From NCBI GenBank assembly GCA_002269645.1, contig NIVC01002020.1, positions 124,001-188,000 on the forward strand: a DNA stretch of 64,000 nucleotides, in the 5' to 3' direction. The position numbers were made by a program, and so were the translations under genes. The notes beneath the pieces are model-generated. The model worked only from the letters and a program-made list of their open reading frames with translations. It had not been told where the DNA came from and made no database searches. Positions 23,540 to 33,300 of this stretch are shown piece by piece (positions within the stretch are counted from its first letter, which is position 1; each line of letters begins with the position of its first letter). The stretch is from Macrostomum lignano (lineage: Eukaryota).

Positions 23540-24840
23540 AAAGAGTGCAGCAGCTATATATGGAATTTATTAAACAATTTTTAAAAAAGCTTGAGATCCA
23601 TAGAAAACAGTACTGTATTTTAATGTAAATTGAAAAGAGCATATGTAAAATGATGACAGAGTTTCACTCAAAAAACCTGCCATCAGCAGCAACAACCTTC
23701 TCTAGGCAAGTCCAGAAAGAGTGGCAAGCATCGATGACAACCTTGTCAAGGTTGGCCATGGCCTCCATAATGGCTGCCTTGAGCAAGTCATTGGTGTTGT
23801 AGGACTTTTGGTTCTCTTGTCTGGTCAATTCACTTCAGACATTATAGTCAAGTGGGTTGCAGTCACTGGAAGAAGGTGGCCACAAGTCTGGCAACCAATG
23901 ATGGGGCACATTGCTATATAGCCAGGCCTGGGTGGTCCTAGCCTTGTGGGCTGGTGCAGAGTCCTACTGGAAGATGTATGGCCTTCCTTGGGCAACTTGG
24001 TCTATCCAGGGCTTCACAGTTGTCTTCAGGATCTTGATGTAGTTGTCAATGCTAAGATGGAAGCCATCCTTGAAGAAATATGGTGGCATGACATCTCCCT
24101 CAGAGCTGACAACACTAAGCACCATGATATGGGCTGGGTACTTGCTATGCATTGCTACAGGTATATCTTTGGGAGAATCAGTCAGCCACCTATCATTTTG
24201 CCTATTGACTATGCAATCTTAGAAGAAGTTCTTCTCATCTATGAAGAACCTCAGCATCCTGGTGCTCTCATGTTTAAGTTCGTTGATGAGGGCAGCAGCC
24301 TTAATCTTTCTCCTCTCCTTGGTGGCCTTAGTCCACAACTGCCTACGCTTGATAATGTAGCTGTTCAAGCCAAGGTCTTCATTGCACATCCTCTTGATTG
24401 TCCTTTCAGACACCTCAAGGTCCCTGGCTATCTGTTGCATGGATGTGCCAGGGTTGTCTTTGACAATAGCCTTGACTTTAGCAACAAACTCATCATCCCT
24501 GAGTGTGTTAGACTGCCTGGCATGCTTTTTCCTTTCAGGTGTAAAGCTGTCCTTGTCTTCTACTTGATCCCAGGTCTTCTTGAGGTCGTACACCATTGAT
24601 TTAGGGTATTTGAAAAAACTCAATGACAGTTTTGGCATTGTGGCCAGCATGGAAGGCTTAAATGATAGCAGCCCAACTGTCATATTCTTGGTTCATCTTG
24701 AAGAAAACTTCTGAGTATTATACATGGTTTGAAAGATATATAAATACAGATGTCTGGAATGCTGCAGTCTTTTCTCTTTCATGTGTCATTTTTGAGCTGG
24801 AATTGAAGAAAATCTTTCCAGATTTAGCAGCCACACACTG
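23540..24840 (-). mobile_element. Decayed Tc1/mariner element of the DD37D (maT) family; transposase pseudogene 24683-23664
   Basis: FFIDEKNFF*DCIVNRQNDRW, HIMVLSVVSSEGDVMPPYFF, FQ*DSAPAHKA...WPPSSSDCNPLDY with 37 residues between the 2nd and 3rd D; three in-frame stops; TA-CAGTGTGTGGCTGCTAAATCTGG at 24842-24818 matches about 18/25 with a degenerate copy at 23538-23563. Confidence 0.85.
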
Positions 24841-25140
24841 TATGAAAATAATATTATAGCTGACAAAGTTTTTTGTCTGATTTTCTAGCCTAGCTTATTT
24901 GTCTAAAAGTCAAGGCACTTCAAAAAATTCAGAAATTCTGATTCTTTTTTGCTACCTATTTGTTTTAAATAAACTTTGCTATTTCTTAAAATAATGTTTG
25001 ATAAAATATTTTGTCTAAAAGTCAAGGCACTTCCAAAAATTAGGATAGGCTGATTCCTTTTTGCTGCCTATTTGTTTTAAATAAACTTTGCTATTTCTTA
25101 AAATAATGTTTGATAAAATATTTTGTCTAAAAGTCAAGGC

Positions 25141-28100
25141 CACACTGCTCTAGAAGGGCACCGAGGGTGAAAAAAATGTACAGAAGAAAATTTTTGCATT
25201 TTTGCACTCAGTGGACTGGCCCTTATACCTGGGTGTAATATAAAAAAAATCTGCCAATTTGTTTCCAGAAAATTGGCCTTTTCTGCTTTTTCTGCAACAG
25301 TCTGCTTTTAGTTGTCAAAAATCTGGAAATTAAAAATGTTGTGCTCAATTTCTTGACTCTTTGGATACGTGATAATATTTTCAAATGTAAATTCGTGAAT
25401 TTAGGGGAATTGCGCAATATAAAAGTTGGCTTGAGGGTCACAAATGCTGAACATTATAATTTTGCATGCATTTGGCAATATATAGCTTGGAGCTGAGTCA
25501 TAACCATAATTTGATCAATGTATACAATCAGTTTAAAGGAAAATTTGTTATTTGACTGATTGAGTACAATGACTGATACAACAGAATACGCTCGTAGACA
25601 AATTAAAATCAATTGGACCCATAATCCACGTACAGATGTACATTTTCTACTTCTTATTTCAACTCTTCCTACTGCTAGTGTATTTATTGCATCAGAATTT
25701 CAATTTGTTGAGTAGCCAAGTGAAGTGTACTCCAGGTGAGTCGCGTAAGTATTATTGTGTATATATATATATATACGTTTTTGGTTCATGGATAAATCAA
25801 CCCACCAAAATGGCTAGCCACAAGTCTCACGATGAAAACAGGCTCAAAGTTTGCCTACTGTGCTTCAAAAAAGGTAGCTCATGTTCTCCAATCACTGAGA
25901 AAATCTCTGATCGCATCTGTCGTCTGCTGCAGTTTGAAGCTGATCTTGAAGATGCTCGTCTACCTACTGCCATCTGCTCAAGGTGCCGACATTTATTGCA
26001 CGATGTGGACGTTGGAATTAAGACCCGAGATTGTCTACCAGCAGCTTTAAATATGAAGTCAGTCTTGCTAGCACCACTAACGCGACAAAGTCCTCGATGT
26101 GAGTGCAAAATCTGTGTGATTGCACGCGAAAATCCTATTGGTCAAGGATTAGGAACGGCTAAGCATCGACCGCATCCCATCGGGCGCCCGCCGATTGATA
26201 GTTTGGACCCACTGCCGTCTGCCAATCCGGTCACCATTTGCGGACGCTGCCATTCTAAAATTAGCAGAGGAAAGAGCCACGCTTGCACGATTACACAAAG
26301 GCGTGCCAATCTGTCTGAGCAGCTCTTAATGGACAAGCGTGGGGCTGAGATCCAGGCTTCAGACATACTGAAGACGGTTGAAGCTTCTAGCGGACCCTTT
26401 GAAAGCAGGAATGTCCAGCTGGCAACTCGTGGAAGATCTTTAACAGTAAGTTTTGGGCAGCAGAAACGTCAATCTTTGAATAGTAGGGAAGCGGATACCA
26501 TTTCTGCAGAGCAGTTCAGCCAATTTCAGCGGGATCTAAGGCTAAGCCAGCGGCAAACTAAGCAGGCAGCGCAGAAGATACGCGAATGGCAAGGGCGCAA
26601 TGCATTTGAGCCAAATCTTGAGCAAAAACTTCGAGAGATTGACATCATTCTTCAAGAGTTTTTCGAAGTTGCACAGCTTCCGCTGCAAATTAAGGGAGAC
26701 CAACAAGAGCTGCGCACCGTTGCGTACTGCCCAGATGTTGGTCTGCTGCTGTCTCGAATAATGGAGAACCGCCAGATCAATCCCGCTGAGTCTGTAGTAA
26801 AGATCGGAATCGATGGAGGCGGAGGTTTTTTAAAAGTCTGCGCAAACATCATTGATGTTTCTCTTCCAGAAGCACAGGTAGAGAAACGTGCAGCATCTTC
26901 TGAGCCACAAGCCAGCGGAGTTAAGAAGCTCATCTTGCTAGCCATAGTTGAAAATGTTTGCGAAAGCTATTACAACCTGAAGAAAGTTCTTGCACTTTTG
27001 CGACTTGAAGCTGTAACATTTATCTGTGCCGTAGACATGAAGTTGGCGAATTTGATCCTAGGGCTACAGGCCTGTAGCAGCACGCATCCCTGCCCATGGT
27101 GCGAGCAGCCCAAGTCAAAGTTCGTGCAGCAAAACTCGGGAGCAAACTCGCGCACACTTGGTCGGATTCGACAATTAGCAACAGAGTTCCAGCAGGCAAA
27201 TGATCAAAAAAGCAGACGTCAAAGCATTTCTGCTGCATGCTTCAAAAACTGTGTTCACCAACCTCTATTGGATGCAGATGACAGCGTTCCTGTTCTACAG
27301 CTGATCCCACCAATGGAGCTCCATCTAATGTTAGGAATCGTTAATAGGCTGTATGATGAGCTTGATTCACGCTTGACGACAGACACTGGTGGCGTAGTGA
27401 CTGCAGCAGCCTGGACAAGACAGCTGAACATCTGCCATTCAAAGCAGCATGGTGGAACATTCAATGGTAATGAATGCAGCAAGCTACTTGAAGGAGTCGA
27501 TATCCTTGAGCAGATCCTGACCGACCATTGTGCTTTCAGTTCGATGCCAGTTCTCCATTCTATGCGCTGCTTCAGCAATGTAAAGCGACTGTGCTTTGGC
27601 AATGAGCTGCTGCCTGGATTTGAGCAAGCCATTTCGGAATTTCCAGCGCTTATATGAGCTTGGACATCAACATTAGTCCAAAGGTACATGCGCTACTAGC
27701 ACATGTTCCAGAGTTTCTTCAGGCAGAAATTGAGCACCAAAACCGTCACATGGAGAATGGGAAGCAGCCTCGATATCGCGGCCTTGGCTTTTGGTCCGAA
27801 CAGGCGAGTGAGTCCGTCCATAGTGACTTTGGCCAGCTGTGGACAAGAGGCTTTCGGACAGCTTTAACGCATCCAGAGTATCCACAACGGCTGCTGCGAT
27901 GCACTATCATATACAACTCGAGACATATGTGATGAATTCTTGCGTCACCTTGGTAGCCACATGCAATGAAAAAATGACAATGCTTTTATATTCTTTCAAT
28001 TCACCTATACTAACTTTACCTTCTAATTCTGTTAAATCATCTAATACTATTTCTTTAAAATGCTTCCTTTATTTTTTTGCATTCAGTTTAAGCAAAAGTA

Positions 28101-28610
28101 TTTGCAAATTAATAATGATAATATACCTACTTTTTTTATTTATAGCTTTGTTTGAAATACATGTAAATGCGGAATTTTCGCAAAATGGCAGAGCCAACTT
28201 TTTGAAAGCAATAAGGCTAATATTTGCGCATTTTCCTAATTTCTTGTGAATTATGAGCGTACATAATGAAAATATCATCAGGTATGGAATTTATTAAATT
28301 GTCTATGGCTGAAACATCCTGGCAGCTTATAGCAGTCATCAAAGAGGTCATTACTGTGTAGTGACATTTTGATCAATGCCACATATCCAAAAAGTCAAGA
28401 AATTGAGCACAACATTTTTAATTTCCAGATTTTTGACAACTAAAAGCAGACTGTTGCAGAAAAATCAGAAAAGGCCAATTTTCTGGAAACAAATTGGCAG
28501 ATTTTTTTTATATTACACCCAGGTATAAGGGCCAGTCCACTGAGTGCAAAAATGCAAAAATTTTCTTCTGTACATTTTTTTCACCCTCGGTGCCCTTCTA
28601 GAGCAGTGTG
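25141..28610 (+). mobile_element. Chapaev-type (CMC superfamily, RAG1/Transib-related) DNA transposon, 3470 bp
   Basis: ~230-bp TIRs (25141-25371 / 28380-28610) with CACACTG...CAGTGTG ends and few mismatches; GGC duplicated at the target; single transposase gene inside. Confidence 0.88.
25810..27932 (+). pseudogene. DDE transposase (~707 aa if one frameshift at about 27640 is corrected)
   Basis: ATG 25810 (MASHKSHDENRLKVCLLC...LPTAICSRC); KIGIDGGGGFLK (D at 26812), AVDMKLAN (D at 27034), CPWC, ELHLMLG, FNGNEC; after the shift PKVHALLAHVPEF and GLGFWSEQASESVH (E at 27810). Confidence 0.85.
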
Positions 28611-28772
28611 GGCACTTCCAAAAATTAGGATAGGCTGATTCCTTTTTGCTGCCTATTTGTTTTGAAATAAAATTTGCTAAAAAATAAAATAATGTTTGAT
28701 GACATTAAAATTGATTTTCTTTAATAAGTTGGGACTACAGTTAGATTCAGATATTAGTCTGTCTTCTATATA

Positions 28773-29751
28773 CGAGGGGTGTCCAAAAAGTAGTGATACT
28801 TTTAACCGTAGCTCTCATTCTATACCTTCCTGTGATTTAAAATTTTATGAACTGATAGCGGAAAATCTCTTCTACAGACTGCTTTTTAAATTTTTAAAAT
28901 TGATACTAGAGAACAAAAGTTATACTTACGAAAGTAACTACCAGTACCATAGAGTTACACAAATTATATCAAAATTTATAATAGTCGACTTCTGCACTCA
29001 TTCATTAAGAAGGCATCGATAAATGTCTTGTTTAAGCAATACCAAACCCCAATTGCAAAATGATGCTCACTGTGACTGACTGAAATTTATCTATGGATGG
29101 GATCAGGCGCAGAAAAATAAAGCATTAAATAAAGCAAACAGAGGAGCTTGCATTTTGCAATTTGTTTATGATTTCATTGCCCATACTCGACAACACACAT
29201 GAATGTGCACTCAGTTGTTGCTCAACAAAGTGCCATCTTCACTCTTTGGGGCGCTGGCCATGGTGCCTCAGCAATTCACGCAAAACTTTGCTCTGTGCAC
29301 GGATCCTCTGCGGTCAGCAAAATGACAGTTTATCGATGGATGGAGCAGTTCAGCGAGGGAAGGACTGACTTGGCAGATCAGCATTGGACGGGGTGGCCAT
29401 ACGTTCATTGACCTGATGTACTGGCGGACTCCATTCTGGATCTTCTTGACGAGGACTCCCGAATGACCATTAGAGAGATCGCTGACAGGTTGGACAAGAC
29501 AAAATCAACAATTCATCGAAGCTTCCTCGGCATGGATCTCGTGAAGCTCAGCCTATAATTTGTGTAACTCTATGGTACAGGTACTGCTACTTTCGTGGGT
29601 ATAACTTTTGTTCTCTGGTATCAATTTTAAAAATTCAAAAAGCAGTCTGTAGAAGAGATTTTCCGCTATCAGTTCATACAATTTTAAATCACAGGAAGGT
29701 ATAGAATAAGAGCTACAGTTAAAAGTATCACTACTTTTTGGACACCCCTCG
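28773..29751 (+). mobile_element. Non-autonomous mariner derivative with ~197-bp TIRs and a truncated transposase N-terminus
   Basis: TA|CGAGGGGTGTCCAAAAAGT ... ACTTTTTGGACACCCCTCG|TA; TIRs 28773-28968 / 29554-29751; internal 29199-29553 encodes ASAIHAKLCSVHG..VSKMTVYRW..QFSEGRTDLADQ..TGWP and EDSRMTIREIADRL (mariner HTH regions). Confidence 0.9.
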
Positions 29752-30040
29752 TACTAAACCTATCAGTTTTTTATTTTTTTTCATATTATTAGTAAGAATT
29801 TAAGAAATATTTCAGATTATTTTGTTCTTAATTTTTTGCATAAAACAGCCATTGAATACATGGATAGGATAGTATTTGGAGTAAGACATAGTTAAGTTTG
29901 TGTTAACATATGTATTTTTTCTTTACAGGTCAATCAAAAAAAATAGTAAATAAATTTTAGCATAGTTTTCATAGCTGTAGCCAAAATTATGCAGAAAACC
30001 TACTAAAAAGCATTTAATAATTTATAACAAGCCTATAAAC

Positions 30041-30245
30041 AATCCTTACAAATCATGTTACTTTATCGATGGATTTTTTCTGAATACTTACTGTATTACT
30101 TTAAGTAGATAGATAAGTAGACATATAAAAATCATATTTTATGTGATTTAAGTATAAAAAATCCTTACAAAACATAGGTTACTTTATCAATGGATTTTAA
30201 TTCTGAATCCTTACTAGCTCGTATATTACTTTAAGTAGACAGACA
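30041..30245. repeat. Diverged ~120-bp direct duplication upstream of GIGYF
   Basis: AATCCTTACAAA...GTTACTTTATC.ATGGATTTT...TATTACTTTAAGTAGA at about 30041 and 30161. Confidence 0.7.
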
Positions 30246-30374
30246 GTTTTTGCAGGGTCAGCATCTTACTAAATGGAGCTTCTATTCCATTTTTTTCTGT
30301 AGATCCCGCCCCAGTCGAGGCAATTAAAACAATTCAACAGAAGCAATAACAAACCAATTGAAATCAAGCCAGCA

Positions 30375-33300
30375 ATGACTGACAATAAAGAATCGCGCGC
30401 TCGCAAGGGCTTGGCATTCGGGCCAACTTGGATTAACGAACTGCAGAGAGGCCACGCAGACGGCATTACGCCGCCAACAACGCCAACTGCGCCAGCCGTT
30501 GTTGGTGCTTTGAAATCTGGCAGCAGCGGCGGCGGCGGCTCAGGTAGAGGCGGCGGTCAGCCCTTCAGGTACAGCCGAGAAGTAATTCTAAAGCTGGCCG
30601 ACAGGGCAATGCTGTTTGCTAAACCAAACTGCTTGGCAAGGTTTCCAGAGATTTGTTCTAACGAGCCGCAGGCAGCCTTAGCGAATGTGCCGCTTAGCGA
30701 AAAAGAGCAGTACCTGATGAGCAAAGGCTTTAATAGTGCGGCTGTGTTAAAAAATTATAATAGGTAAGTTGGCTTATGTATGAATATTAGCCTAGTCGTC
30801 GGACTCACGACTGAAAGGTCGGGGGTTCGATTCTCGACCCACTAGGAACAAACTTGTGCCCTTGAGCAGGACACTTAACTCTGCATTGCTTCAGTTCACC
30901 CAGCTGTAAAATGGATGCCAGCATTAGCTGGGATAATTGAGGGTGTGTGTGGCGACCCCCCAGTCCTTGGACTGAACAGCCGTACGCAGCCTTAAGATGC
31001 GCCCCAGTAGGGCAGGTGTAGTCTATTATTAGCCTAAGTACTTAGTCACGCTCCTTCAGGTCGACACTACCCAGAAGCCATATGATTTAACTAAAAGAGC
31101 CTGCTCTTAAAATGTTTACATATTGCAATGCCCGGCCCAAACCTGCAGAGACAAGGACCGCGGCGACTGGGAAATTAGCGGCGGTCGGGAACTGGATAGT
31201 CGAGATCGTGAGCCGGGTGACAGGCACGCCAGGGAACGGCTGGTGACGCCTGGTGACTCGACGCGCGGTCGGGGCGGCGGTGTCGGCGCGGGCTCCCAGG
31301 AGCGCGGCGGCGGCAGCCATCGGGGTCGGGGGCGCGGCCGGGGCCAGCTGGGCTCCAGTAGCGTCGGTCGCGAGCCGGGCGGCAGCGGCAGCTTTCACGA
31401 GCCCTCCAGACGACCAATCGGCAACGCTGATGCCGACGATGACTGGCGCTCGCGATCGTCAAAACCCGCCGTCGCCGCGTCGTCTACGGGTGGTGGCGCG
31501 GCCGACGCCACTCTGGCTGCACCGCCGCGGGCTTGGCGAACGCGCGGCGGCGGCGGCGGCAGCGGCAGCGGCGCCGCAAACCCGGTGTCAGGCGAGAGCC
31601 GAGCCGGTCCGGGTCGCTGGCGCTTGGGGACCACAGGCGGACCGTCGCCGAATGCTTCTGAAGCTGCTCAGCGTCGTAGGGCAGGTGCGAGTTTTGTTAA
31701 TTTAATCATTGATAATTTAAATTTTCCCACAAATTCTATCTAGCTCGTATTATGACAATGTATATATAAAAAAATAAAGTTTTCTTTTGTCCCTACTGGC
31801 CTACTTGAAGTATAATAGAAGCGTAAACAAGAGTAATTTACAATAAAGACAGATTTTACTAGTTATTGTCAATCTGTGTGAGCCGCTTGTTTTAAAGGAG
31901 ACTCCGGTCTGTTTTGCAGGCGATCCAAGCGACAACAGCGGCGGCGAAGCCCTGCCCGAATGGAGCCACGACGTTGACGATGTTGGAGTTGGCGGCGCTG
32001 CCAGCGGTGGTGGCGGCGGCGGCGGTGGCACCTTCTACAGCGGAAAGTTCATCGCAGCAACCAAAAAGTCGCCGGAGGTCGGCGGCGGCGGTGCACCGGA
32101 GGATCACGACGAGGACGACGATTTGCCGCAGCTGGTGGACAGCGCCGAGCATCTGGCTGAGGAAAGCGGCGACAAAGTAGACGAGTCGCCAATGATGAAG
32201 CCGCGAGTCCAGCAGCCGGCCAGTCGCAGCTGGCTGTACCAGGACAGAGTCGGCCAGGTGCAGGGACCATTCAGCTCGCAGCAGATGCTGGAGTGGCACA
32301 GGGGCGGCTATTTCCAACCGGAACTGATGGTCCGCCGGATAGAGGACGCCAGGTTTGCTCAGCTGTCGGATTTTTTCCGCTTATACTCGGGCAATCCGTT
32401 CGCTCGGGGCTCGGCTAGCCCGGGCTCGAATCGGTCTCAGTCGCCGGCGCCCCTTGAGCCGGACGTTGGCGGTCAGTCGGTGGCACCAGTTGTTTCAGCG
32501 GCTCCGGTGGCCGCGGTGCCTGCAGCCGCCGCCCTCATGCCGGAGATGCTGCAGATAATGCGCAGCTCCTTAGAGGCCGAACTCGAACAGCGGGCCAAGG
32601 CGCTCCGAGAACAGGAGGAGAAGCTGAGAATGGAACAGATGGAGATTGAACGTGCAAGGCGGGAGCTGGAGGAGAAGCGGGCCAGAGACTTAGAGGAGCA
32701 GAATAGGCAGCGGTTGGCGGCCGAAGAGCAGCTCCGACGATTGGAGGCTGAGAAGCTGCGCGCTCAACAAGAAGATGAGATGCGGCGCGAGCTGGAGCTG
32801 GCTAGGCAGCGGGCTGAGGAGCTGGCCAATCAGCAGCGCCAGGCTGAAGAGCTTCAGCGTCAGCAGCAGGCTGAAGAGTTGGCTAAGCAGCTGGCTAGGC
32901 AACGGGAAGCGGAGGAGATCATGAGGCAGCAGCGGCAAACTGAGGAGGCGCTGGCCATGCAGAAAAAGCAGGTGGCAGCCGCCGCGGCCGCTGCTGAGGA
33001 AGCCGCCAGGCGCCAGGCTGAAGAAACTGGCAGAAAACAGCGACCGGCTGCTGAGGAAGCCGCCAGGCGCCAGGCTGAAGAAACTGGCAGAAAACAGCGA
33101 CAGGCTGCTGAGGAAGCCGCCAGGCGCCAGGCTGAAGAAACTGGCAGAAAGCAGCGACAGGCTGCTGAATCTGCGGTGGCCCAGCAGGAGGCTGACGAAG
33201 CCGAACGGCAGATGCAGCTGATCATGCAGATGTCAGAGATGAAATGGAAGCGGCTGGACCAGCAGCAGCAACAACAAACGGCGTCCTCGCCGCCCCAGTC

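Larger units (their letters stand above)
24896..28700. repeat. 112-bp tandem repeat (copies start about 24901, 25013, 25125); third copy split by the Chapaev-type element and resumes at 28611
   Basis: GTCTAAAAGTCAAGGCACTTC...ATAATGTTTGATAAAATATTTT unit. Confidence 0.9.

Noticed and set aside
11117-25600. Shared 14-mer AATACGCTCGTAGA near the FAM78-like promoter and inside the transposon
   Set aside because: Several 14-mer matches are expected by chance in 64 kb.
25141-28610. Calling the element a ProtoRAG or true Transib
   Set aside because: No RAG2-like ORF, GIDGGGGFLK rather than a CDG motif at the first Asp, symmetric TIRs and an apparent 3-bp TSD favour Chapaev/CMC.
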